A model generated the notes under the pieces. It was not told the origin of the DNA. It saw nothing but the letters and a program-made list of their open reading frames with translations, and ran no database searches. A program made the position numbers and the translations under genes. A stretch of 43,812 nucleotides of DNA from Welwitschia mirabilis (taxonomy: Eukaryota): the NCBI GenBank assembly GCA_051453625.1, contig JBOZIK010000001.1:346883-390694 (forward strand), written 5' to 3'. The first letter of the stretch is position 1; every line of letters begins with the position of its first letter. Positions 24,155-35,320 of the stretch are shown in pieces.

Positions 24155-25975
24155 ACCCACCTTGGTAACCATCTTACTGGATCCAACTACACATTCAAAC
24201 GTTATGCCATCAAAAGTAGTATGCTAAATAAACTTATAAGAGGAAGGACAAAAAAATATAAAGAGAAGTAATGAGAAATATAAATATATGTGGAGTATTA
24301 GGTGATCAAATCTTTAGATATGAATACAAAGATAAAACCTACGAGGTAATTTTATGGGATAAGTCAGAAACTTATGTGGATAAATTCAAAAAACAATAAC
24401 ATTTACCTAAACAATGTTTGCGATTATGCAATTCTTAGTAGGTTCATCAAGCTTTTCAATGACCTAGCCTGATTGGATGAGGATTCCTCTAAAAAATTTT
24501 TATAGGCTTTTAGTAAGATCCCTTTTGCTATTTCATTAGGTAAGGATCCCACTTCAATCACCCATAGAAATTAATAGGTCTAAAATTAGTACTTTTTCTT
24601 AAACATTAAGTAGCTTTTTGATGCAGATTATGAGGATTCAATGGATAAACCTTATCACTGTACCATCATCCATGATTTCTCTTTTCTTATAAACTATAAA
24701 TTCTCTTTTCTTAAATAGAGGTTTTGAGTTTTAGTTAAATTTAAGCCTTATGATGCTCAAATTTTCATGAATTCCTTAAATCAAAACCTTAACTATCACT
24801 GTTAAAAAATCCCAATGGCTTGTTTTAATCCTTATTAAAAACCTTAAACCATAGCACTTCCTAGAGGAAACTATTGCACCAATCTCTTTCTCTATAAACA
24901 GGTGCACCCACAAATCCAACCTATATTCCATTGCCTTAACAAAAGAACATTACAATTAATTAATTATTTGTCATGGCATTTAATAAGTGTGTATCATTAT
25001 CGATCCATTGATATATGATTATCTAACTTTGTTATATTTTAGTAATTGCCTTTAACTAAAACTAATTCAAAATTAGCGTCGTATTTATTTTTTGGACTGA
25101 AATTACAAAAAGAAGTAGAGTTTACTTTGATCTAATGAAAAACAAAGAGAAAATTTTGCATACAACATAAAAACCATAAACACATAGGAGAGGAAAGAAT
25201 TTTTTCGTTGTTTAGAGGCATAGAGACAGACTATTCAAAGATTTCAATTAATATTCTAGATTTGAATAAAGAAATCTATCAACTATTCAAAATGTGTTAG
25301 AGTTTATGATTGTAATTGCTCTTAATTCTTATTTATATTATAAGCGATGAATCAGGATGTTGACAGACTCTCTAGAATTGATATTTAGTGATTAGAATCT
25401 GTCAATGACTGTGAGCATTTTCTGAGCATCCAGTTGTTTTGCAGAACGATATGGAGAGAACAAGCTAAAGAGTGATCCTAGAAGCATCTTCATTAAAAGT
25501 TCTATTCTTTGAAAGAATGAATACAGATAGAAACAATGAAATCTTTCTTACAAAGTAGTCGCAGATATCATTTAATAAAGAAATTACATTATCAAAAGCT
25601 AAAACTGTGAAATGTAAGCACACAGAGATTCTTAAAACAAAGAAAGAAAAGGATATAAGAAGAATACCAGAGTTTCTTTCTTTGGCAATACATTTCGTCT
25701 CTTCGTATGGGCGTTAATTTTTGTATGGTTGTTAGGGCAACCACAGTTCTTGTTGATTCTACTTAAAGATGAAATATATCTTTAAAGAAATGACTTTTTT
25801 CCCCTAAAATAACCTTTCTTTTTAAGGATTTTAATTATGAACATCTTATTAAACAATTTCAAGTCTATTCTTAAGACATTTGTATATAAACATGTCTTAA
25901 AAAGCTTTTTTTTTAACCTTTCATGTGAGCCATTTATTAAAAGAAATGCCTTAATAGACTATAATTCTAGTAGTG

Positions 25976-26839
25976 CTTAATGAAAGATGAAAAACACCCT
26001 ACCTAACACCATCATTTTGTAACCGCTTACTTAATGCTACAAGCCAAAGACTTATAAGCACCCCCACCCCCATCCTTGCCTATAAAAGGGGCTTGATCCT
26101 TTAATTATAATATATTTCATTTTATCAAAAGCACTGAACCTTTCAAGCATTAGTTATGATGGCATTCTAAGAACTTCTTTAGGGAGTGAGCTTCCTTTCA
26201 AGGATAGCTTGAGGAGTTCTTTCAGCTTTTTTCTATCTCTAGTGTAATGTGCCTTTTCTTTAATTTAATACTTAAGAGTTGTTTTCTTTTCATTATTAGT
26301 TACAAATCACTTTGTACTAGGAATGCTTAAGTAACAACGTACCTATCAAGATTCTTTAGTCAAATGAGTGAATTCAATTAGTTAATTTGTCTAAGTCTTA
26401 GCACTTTCATGGATCTTGTGCAAAATGAGTTTATACTTTTCCTTTTTATTATAGGGCTATGAAGGATCAGTGAATTTTAAATTCACCAACACTCATATGA
26501 TAAATGAAATTATGTCATCATAACTCGAGCCATCATATTTGATAGTTTAAAGTTTGTTCCAGGATCATGTAGCATATGGTCAAGTGAGGAATTGCAAAAG
26601 GATGAATTGGGTAAACACTTGGAGATTGCTTACTTCCTACTTTTCCAACACCAATTTATCAACCTCTCTTATTTTTCCCTTTTTTTTTATCATATCTTAA
26701 AATTAAGCAAGAGTTTATGTTAATTCTGTTTAGGCAATCCCAATTTTCCCTATGAAAGAACGATACTGAGTTTTAACTCATTCTTAAATCTAATTCATGT
26801 ATTAAAATGATCATTTAATATGTTGAAATCATCTAAACA
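25976..26839 (+). repeat. Athila-family LTR, 3' part (continuation of 15492-15998; right end approximate)
   Basis: CTTAATGAAAGATGAAAAACACCCTACCTAA continues the LTR consensus seen in the other copies. Has CCTATAAAAGGG and parallels 14670-15310. Candidate end ...CTAAACA at 26839. Confidence 0.7.
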
Positions 26840-27275
26840 TACGAAAATAAGATTACGGGTTAATTAAATTTCCATTAATATTAATTACTATACCCACAAA
26901 AAAATCATTCTCTTTATTATTATGCTTTAAGGGAAAATTTCCCCCCAAATAAATGGGAGTATGAAGGATGAAAAGGAGTATATTAGAAGTGGAAGAAGGA
27001 GAATGAAAATAAAAGGGTAACATCCAAAGTACAGAACACTTTTTTTTAATCCCTTAAAGGGAATTCTTTCCCTATTCATAGTGAAAATCATGTCTATCTT
27101 GATATAAGCTATGCTTGCTTACTTAGTAATGACCAATCAGCAAGAGCAATGTATTCAAAGCTTGATCTAATATTCTTCACTTAGGGATCTCAAATTTTCA
27201 ATATCTAGGATTAGGGCTTGGGTGGGCATAGCAAAAAAAGGAGGAGTTGGAGGACATGCGTTTTTTTTTTTTTTT

Positions 27276-27324
27276 TGTGTGTGTGCGTGTGGGTGTGTGT
27301 GTGTGTGTGTGTGTGTGGGTGTGT

Positions 27325-27367
<43 letters not shown>
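27276..27367. repeat. (GT)n microsatellite preceded by poly-T
   Basis: Imperfect GT dinucleotide run ending in an N gap. Confidence 0.95.
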
Positions 27368-28439
27368 NNNNNNNNNNNNNNNNNNNNNNNNNNNNNNNNA
27401 AAATGTTATATTTGACATCGAAGATTTATTAAATCCTATAGTAATAGGATCCAATGCCTAATTTCTCTTAGAACTTAACAGACATTCTTTAAATAGCATT
27501 AGCACATATGCATACCTATTATACCATTTATTTAAATAAAAAATACTAAATATAATTAATTATCCTACATCTTTAATCTTATGAAGAGCTATAAAATCAT
27601 AGCCTACCTCAAGGGCTAAGGCATCCTTCATCTTTTATCATCACTAAATTTATGTTTAGCTAAGAGTCTACCATGATCAAAGTATTATTATTTATCCATA
27701 TGTTAAAACTCTACCATTTTAAATCAAGAATTTCAATGGCTATGATGAGGGCTTATCTCATCATGAGCTTCTAAGCCTCTCTTCTCCCTCCATGGTTATA
27801 AGGGAATTACTGACTCATTGCCTCTGTCATGTTTTGCTCTAGATATTGATCTACACTAATTCAATATACTCTATAGTGCTTGCATCATTGGTGAATGCAC
27901 TTCGATCTATGATTAGATTATCTTACTTTTCCATCTTTGATTTAATTAAGATTATTAATTACGTAATAATATATTCTACACATTCTTTTGTGTTTCTTTC
28001 TTAAATCTATTCGTTAATGCTTTATAGGACTTAGATAAATGATATGTTATTTTACATGCTATCCTAGTGTTTCCTACACTTCATTGTAAGATCTAAACAA
28101 TTTTTATACTTAAATTACACTTTTATTACATTTAGATTCTACAGTGAATGACTTATTATTCAAGTATAAATCCAATCTATACTAAGTGAATTATCTACTA
28201 GTTGGTTAGGGTTTATTTGTTTGGTTGCCTTATGAATAGTCATTTATGATTTCTAGGATAAGATATTTAATCTATTGAATTTGTTCTTTAATTACTTTTT
28301 AGACTCTTCTTCTATTCAAATCTATCGTTGAAAACTTTATCAATTCTTATTACTACGAGAGAAAAATAATTAGGGTTAATTATACTACAATAGAATACCT
28401 TAGTTTCTTATTTAAAATTTCTACCTATACCTTGATGGC

Positions 28440-29520
28440 CAGGATACATCTTTCATAAATTATAATTTTTCATACAAGTTAAGGTGTAGCAACATTTTTG
28501 TAAAACATGTTACTAAAGACATACCTTAGGGTATTAAGGATAGTTAAGTATTCAACTAGATTTCAAACATGCTTATGAAAAGACTAGAAAGCTTAATGAG
28601 ATTAAAAAAAGAAAGATAGATGCTAGCAATTATCAGATTTTACTAGATGATATGATAGTAAGTAATAAAAGCATTTGAGCTAGAGGAAAACCTATTATCA
28701 TACTTGATGATAAATCATTAAAATTTTCTTCCAATTGACTAGGTAAATATTCGTGAGAATTTGATTAAGAAGCTACAAGAGTGAGAATATTGCATGACAC
28801 TCATTAAAATAAAATTGTATACCATTGAATGTCCATCTGATATTCAACAATCCTCTTATCAAATCCCTTTATTATACATAAATGTTCCTAGATACACTAG
28901 AGTTTGACTCTAATTCTTTTATAAATTAACCACTAGAAATTCTCTAAGTTCTGATTTTAAGACATAATTAAGTATCCATATTCTTGTTAGGTGTTATTGT
29001 AAAAACTAATCTTAGAATATCTATCATGCATATTACCTTATGCTAGCTCTTGTATTCTTAAGTTTCAATGATATGCTTTATAATAAATGTTTATGAAAAA
29101 CAAGAATATTTTTAAATAATAACAAGTATTATGTAGTTTCTTATTTTCATGAAAAGAAACTATCAAGGCATATGAAAATGATTGATGAAGTTCCCTTTTA
29201 TGAAACCTCTTAGTGATACCAAAGGTTACTTAACCTTTATACTGTAGGTTCAAAAGTGAGAGGATGCTATTGGGTTATACTCAATTAGATGCTATTTTAG
29301 ATCATACTAAATCAGTTTGATGGTTAATTGGGTTATGGTTAGCATCACGAGATCCCTTAGTAAAGTATGTCTATAGGTATCTTAAATAGATAACCATTGT
29401 TATATCTAATCGAAGTAGCACTATTAAGTGTGTAATTAGTATTCACACAACTCATATATATGTCTAACCATTTATGCAAGTCTAAATAAAAATATGAAGC
29501 ACTAGTTATCTTTGATGAAA
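28440..29520 (+). mobile_element. Heavily decayed hAT transposase remnant
   Basis: 29318-29450 reads *WLIGLWLASRDPLVKYVYRYLK*ITIVISNRSSTIKCVISIHT, resembling the hAT C-terminal dimerisation motif (WW..G..P.L.K.A.R.LSQ...CER.WS...IHT). Weaker BED-finger-like traces near 28480. No TIRs identified. Confidence 0.35.
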
Positions 29521-30039
29521 AGAACTATAAGATATTACTTAAAGTTGAATAATAGGGTGTGAAAATAAGTCACAATAGTCTTTTATTGCATTTTTTAAAA
29601 TTTAATTACTTATTAAAAGATTAGGTTGCTTTTTGAATAGAAAAAACAAAATTTCTAAATCAATTTCTCTAGCTAAAATCCAAACAAGGTTGTTGGGGAA
29701 AAAGAAAAAAGTAGTATAGTTAAAGAAATTCTTTTTGTGGAGTCCTATTGGTTAATGCCTTGCATACCATTTGGTATAGAAATAGCCTCATAAATAGAAT
29801 GAATAAGTATTGTGGAACAAATAATTGTATTCCCACAAATTTTGTTAAGTGAAGAAGTTATTCATATTGATATAATTTAACATTAGAATAATGATGTCCA
29901 CTTCTTGTGAGATTTAATCATGTAAATCATTTAAGCATCTAACCGAGATTTATTATTTAGTTTTGTTAAATGAAAATTTAGTTTATGGTTACTCCATGCA
30001 AGTAATTCTACTTTGTAGAATTTAGATGAAGCCTGTCTA

Positions 30040-30912
30040 CTTTAACATTCTTGAATTTAATCATAGTAAAATCTTTTAACATTAGGAAGCATCTAGAAGA
30101 TGTAGTACTAGGCTTAAGTTCTTTATTTGTAATCATAAGACATCTATCAATCAAAAGTTCCATATATTTTCTAATGACATTTAGGATAATCAATAGACAC
30201 AAGAAAATGATAATATTCCCTTGCTGCTCTTCATGCTTAGTACGGAACAATATAAACATAAGGGAAATGATTTTGGTAGCCAGTATCAAACCAAGCGAAT
30301 TTGTCTTGCTTACAACAAATAAAACATTATCATGCTCCTTATCTCTTAAATATTTATAACATAAGCTCAACTAAGGTTTGTGAAGTCTTTAATATTTCAC
30401 ATAAATATTTCATGGGAGTTGGTATACAATTTGTACTTGAGAAAGCTAAGAATCATGACGTATAATTATAAGACTATTAAGATGTTCAATCAAAGTAACA
30501 AAAGACTTCATTATTTGTAGCTTTGGGTATTAGTTTTCTTGTTTGTTTCATATGTGCCATTTTACAACATGTGGGGACTTTAAGTAAAACCTCTGTCAAG
30601 GAATTATGAACAAAAGGAACCAAAGGCATGAAACTTCTTAACCCAAGGAAATTTAGCTAGAGTTAACATTTGGTAATTTAGGTAACTAGTTCGTACTATA
30701 TGATACTTTAAATTGGAGGAAAGGACAAAGGAAAAGGAAAAGACCATAGCAAGAGGGAAATGACAAAGCACTAGCATAGAAGTTCAAAACTAAGATCACA
30801 CTAAAAGAGTCTAATGAATAGCATAGTCATTTGATCATGTCTACTAAGTCACATTAGGTAAAAGCCTCAATATCTTGAGTTCTTGAATCCAATGCTGCAT
30901 AGTACATCTGAA
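30040..30912 (+). mobile_element. Decayed copia gag-protease remnant
   Basis: S*VLESNAA*YI at ~30873-30908 resembles the copia protease WILDSGAS.HM, preceded by a G/K-rich stretch (~30715-30760). Very degenerate. Confidence 0.3.
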
Positions 30913-31402
30913 AACACCTATAAAACTATTAACAGAATAATACTAATATATTGTTATCTATTTAGGGAATGTTGAACTCGAAACTTTTAGTGAATGTATT
31001 TTCTCCAAGAATACAACCATCATAATTACCCAAACCTTTCCTAAAAATACAATGATCACTTTAAAGAATGATTTTAATTATGCCTAAGGCTTTATGGTAT
31101 GTCAGCTCATCCAAAAGTTTGAACCCATAACCTCCTAAATATAAGATAAATAGCCTTTTAATTCAATTAACATCCTTTCAAAATTAAAACCAATATTTAT
31201 TATAATTTTACGAAGTCTCTCTTGCAGTCTCATTACAAATTGTCACATGTATTTACCATCCCTATTATGGAGGATTTTGTCATTTGTGCGAAATGTTTTC
31301 GAGTTACAAAATGTGAGATAAAGAGTTCCCTAGGCAACCTGCGTTTGGTTTACGGGCATCGCTTCTACTGCCTTCGATCACAACGCATAGCAAGGTGCAG
31401 GC

Positions 31403-31676
31403 ATGGCAGCTACAACATCCATTTACGGCATTCCCTCACTGAGTAACAGGCAGACTTCATTTGGACATGGCCAATCCCTTTTCCAGGGAAAACGCTTGCA
31501 CCTGTTTTCCTTCTCTAATGCAGGGAACAAACGTCCGTTGTCATTAAGAAATCGGAATTCAGTATCGCTGCAAAGTTGTCCAGCTTTGCCTATCATTTCC
31601 AACGTTCCTGTAGTTGGTCCAGTTTTTGCGTTTGTTACCAACCCCGTTTTTCTCCTCGCTGTGTATCTTCTTGGAG
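31403..31676 (+). CDS. First coding exon of an unidentified, probably plastid-targeted membrane protein gene
   Basis: Intact 91-codon frame in a CpG-retaining, GC-richer island. Start context GGCATGGCA. N-terminus MAATTS... is Ser/Arg-rich with no acidic residue, like a chloroplast transit peptide, followed by hydrophobic LPIISNVPVVGPVFAFVTNPVFLLAVYLLG. Donor GAG|GTAAAA at 31677 (phase 1). No convincing next exon found in the window. Confidence 0.75.
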
Positions 31677-32913
31677 GTAAAAAAATTCTCCTAGGATATT
31701 ATTAGCTATGTATCCTCCTCTTGGTCTACTATAACCTAAATTCTTGGGAATGATTTCCTTTCCCATTATCATGATGTATTATCTCTCTTTCTTTCTTTGT
31801 ATGCTATTTGAGTGGATTAAATCTCATATGTTAAGGAAATTTCAATGTCCAGCAGGCAAGAATGTCTTTGATAGCAATCTTATTTGTTATTTGTCCATGC
31901 TAGGGTAATCCCTTGGTCTTCTCAATGATTAATTGCCCAGAAGCCTCCCTTGTGGATACAACTAAAGTTTGGCAAACAAAATCTTCGCTCAAGAGATGTA
32001 GTTTTTGGAATTTGCTTGTGTTCCTACTTAGCATTCATACAGATATAACGGTTTCAATTCCATGTGATTCTAGTTGTGAGTATAATTGATTAGTGTAGTG
32101 ATGTCAAAGTAACAATTTATTTGATAAGATTTATCAAAAAGAAAATGGCTATAGGAAACTAATTCACCAATTGTAAGATTTGCTTAATAGTAGCTAATCC
32201 ATCCTTTACACAGTATAAGTCATTTGATCGATACCTATAAGTGGTGAGTGGTGAGCTTGAATATTGCAGGCTTGTTCTAAAGTATTTATGTTGGCCTGTG
32301 TTTCTAACCATCTATTTAAGGTACACTTTGATATAGGATTTAATGCCGTGAGTATAAATCATAAGTAAATCTTAGACATTTGATGTGAGGTCTTCGTCTA
32401 ACAGTGCCACCAATGTGTTTTTCATCTGGCCAAGCAACCTAATGACACTAGTGGGTATGATGCGGTTTCTCATGAATTTACATCTTTGAAAAAGAACAAT
32501 TAATAGTAGCCATTGATTACTATCAATCAAATTCTAGTTTGAATGTTTAGACTTTGGAGTAAAATGTAATAAAGATTAGTTTTTCTTCTTTGTAAGGAGG
32601 GAAGGCTTTTTTCATAAGCTTAATAAGTGTGTATGACAAAACTGGTTAGGCCACTTGTTAGACTACGACATTAGTAGTTCATAATGAGCTAAACAACTCC
32701 TAGAAGAGTACAAGACAACTTACAAGACCCACCTTGTAGTGAAAAACAACCAAAAGAGCAAAATAGAAGTTAGAAACCAAAGGTCCAAGTTTTGTAAAGA
32801 AAAACATTTATTTGAATAAAAAATATATGAGGTTATGAAACTAACTCTTGTGTTAAAGTTTGGATGTTGTGCTATTCATATGCTGGAATTTTGTAAAGAA
32901 TGTTAGCTTCTGG

Positions 32914-33390
32914 TATTTCATTTACATGTTGTTTAGTTACAAGTTAATTTGCTTGATTAGTAATAGAGATCTTCCTTATCCCATGGATTTTCTTTGCCTT
33001 AAAGGGATTTATCATGCAAATTACCATGTTTTGTGGCTCTTCTGGGTTTGCCTTTTTGTCATTTTATGCTATGTTCTTTTTGTTGTTGTTTCAGAAAATG
33101 ATCCTATCGTGCTTTGATGCTTCTTAAGTCAAGTCATTGGGTACCCTTCTATTATTTCATTTACATGTTTTTTTAGTAACAAGCTAATTTGGTTGATTGG
33201 TAATAGAAATCTTCATTCTCCCATGGATTTTCTTTGCCTTAAAGGGCTTTATCATGTAAATTAGCATGTTTTGTGGCTCTTCTTGGTTGGCCTTTTTGTC
33301 ATTTTATGCTTTGTTCTTTTTGTTGTTATTGCAGAAAATGATCCTATCATGCTTTGATGCTTCTTAAGTCAAGTTATTGGGTACCCTTCC
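32914..33390. repeat. Tandem duplication, 2 x ~240 bp, intronic
   Basis: 32914-33150 and 33153-33390 align throughout (TATTTCATTTACATG...GGGTACCCTTC) with scattered substitutions, roughly 90% identity by eye. Confidence 0.92.
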
Positions 33391-33464
33391 TACATGAAAT
33401 ATTATTAGTGCAAGTTGTATAATGTTTTGTTCTTTAGTTGATTGCATTATTTAGTATGTAGAAG

Positions 33465-34707
33465 TGTTGTGACGCTAAATTGTATGTATTTGATGGGGTA
33501 TTTTGAGTACTTTTGCAGGACATTTAAATAGGTTTAGATGGAATTCTAAGGATTATGGAGATTTGATGGGATAATCACGGAAACATGCAATTCTTGATGT
33601 ATTTAGAGGCATTCTAGGCAGATTCTGACACTTAACATTTTAATGAGAAGACCAATGATGCAGGAGGCCGACTGCTCTTAGCGGGAAAGCTTAGGAAGCC
33701 TATTGTTCCCTAGGTCATCTAGACAATAGTCAAGATGACAGTGATGCTTACATGGACCAAGGCTGCAGGGCTGGAAGTTGATCAATCATCTCTTATTGCG
33801 GGGTATCGTCCCTAGAGTTGTCTGAATGATAGGTAGGACGATAACTATTTTATTTAAACAAAACGAATTATCTTTGTAATGGGGTCATGCACCCCATGTG
33901 GGCTGTTAGGTTTCAGCTCCAACTTCTAGGGTCTTGCTTCCAGAATCTTCAATGTAAAGCTATAAATACTCCCTTGTCCTCACTCTCAAAACCATTCTTT
34001 GTACCAGAAAGTCCTGTGATGGGATATTGAAGGATAGGAGGTCCATCCATAGCTACAAAGAGAAGTCTTCCTTAGTGTTGGGCTGTGTATCCTCCAATAA
34101 GGTGCTGCTGCTTTGTAAGTGGATGCTTGATTCATTCAAGATTAATACAAAGACTGCTTTACTTCTCTTATGTGCATCTCCTTTATTGTTCATGTTGGTT
34201 ATGATTTTGTGATAATTTCATAGTTGATCTAGATTATAAAGGCAACCTTTGTTAAGGTTGACATTATTGGTTTAGATCTTGCATTTCATTTCATATTGCA
34301 TTCCCATAGTTGCATTTATCTATATTTTATTTGATGTATCTAATAGCTTATGTTAATTAGGCTTAAATGATAGTTTTCCTAAGTGATCTAAGTTATAAGA
34401 GCTGATCTTGGTGACAGAAAGATTAGTAGTCAAATAGATTCATTATTTGCGTTTCATCTATAAGCATTGCATTATCATTCATCTTGCATCATATTCTTGC
34501 ATTGTTTTCTATTTTTATTTATTTACAGGAAAAAAGACTAAAAGTACTTTGGCAAAATCAATTCTCTAACTTCTAGCTTAGTACTTTCAACAGATTATGA
34601 CATTCGGGTTAAATTCTGTCTATATTAGTGTGTGTTTTTTTGCAAGCATTTGTGATTGATAGGAAGTGCCTAAGGACTTAAAGATTGTATAATTTCACAC
34701 GACAACA
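33465..34707 (+). repeat. 5' LTR (1243 bp)
   Basis: TGTTGTGACG...GACAACA, colinear with 41360-42610. I count 18 mismatches in the first 136 bp. TATA-like CTATAAATA at ~33960. Confidence 0.92.
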
Positions 34708-34710
34708 TTT

Positions 34711-34727
34711 TGGTGCAATTATCGGGG
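34711..34727 (+). promoter_or_regulatory. Degenerate primer-binding site (tRNA-Asp/Athila type)
   Basis: TGGTGCAATTATCGGGG 3 nt after the LTR, resembling the Athila PBS TGGCGCCGTTGCCGGGG. Confidence 0.65.
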
Positions 34728-35320
34728 TAGGCCACAAGGAGCTGGAGGATTGTCACTATCTAGATAAGTATATTGGATTTCGATTTGAGTTATTTATCTG
34801 AATAGTGCTATGTTTTTACTGTAGATTCCATAGGTTTATTTTTCGCAATTTTTCATTTCAGTAGTGTTAATAAGCCCTGTCGTCCTTTCTGTCGTCTAGA
34901 CGATGGTACGAATGACTGTCTGCAGTTAGCTTTTTTCTGTTTTATTTTTGTTTTTTGCAGTAAGATTTTCTATTTTCGGGTAGTGTAATAAAGTCGACGT
35001 CCTCTTCTCTGTTGTCCAAACGACTAAGCGGACGGTGGATGACAGAAAGGACGACTATTAGGATTTTTACTTCTGTTTCTATTTTCTTTTCAATGTTTTT
35101 TTTTTTTTTTTGTTTTCTGCAAGATGTCTATTGGTCATCTCACATATCATTCAGATGGTTGTCAAGATGACAAGCATTACGCATTTTTTTGAGTGCTAAA
35201 GATCCAAACAATTTTGTTAAAAAGATAAAATATCAGAGGGAGCAGAGCTTGGTGTTCACCTTGTACTTATCTTTGTTACCATCTTGATTAATTCTTTTTG
35301 TTCCACCTTTCTCTTTTGTT

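Larger units (their letters stand above)
15999..25975. mobile_element. Non-autonomous CACTA (En/Spm) DNA transposon with captured host sequence (Pack-CACTA-like), ~10 kb including gaps
   Basis: Left end CACGACTAGAGATATAGGCTTTTAAGAAATTTC vs reverse complement of right end CACTACTAGAATTATAGTCTATTAAGGCATTTC (26/33 identical). 3-bp flanks CCT/CTT. Subterminal AAATGCCTTAAAA repeats at both ends. Host LTR resumes colinearly after 25975. No transposase motifs recognised. Confidence 0.85.

Noticed and set aside
24420-24570. Minus-strand peptide EVGSLPNEIAKGILLKAYKNFLEE as an F-box-like cargo
   Set aside because: Similarity is limited to an LP.EI...IL pattern, too short to support.
25360-25405. TTGACAGA start resembling miR156/157
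   Set aside because: The match stops after 8 nt and the stem is too short for a plant pre-miRNA.
27167-27461. Cys/Val- and His/Thr-repeat ORFs
   Set aside because: Translations of the (GT)n microsatellite plus an N gap.
29205-29222. TGGTATCA PBS-like motif on the minus strand
   Set aside because: Only 8 nt match, with no adjacent LTR end or gag.
30008-30370. 120-aa minus-strand and 102-aa plus-strand ORFs as host genes
   Set aside because: No recognisable motifs or splice structure; they lie in what looks like decayed copia sequence.
30960-31170. Two B-box-like motifs (GAGTTCAA, GGGTTCAAAC on the minus strand) upstream of the gene
   Set aside because: No clear A box, tail or TSD; too decayed to call SINEs or tRNAs.
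32270-32320. Candidate exon 2 (TTGCAG|GCTTG...TTAAG|GTACAC)
   Set aside because: Spliced in phase 1 to exon 1 it gives G-L-F-stop. The open hydrophobic frame is out of phase, so it is unsupported without RNA data.
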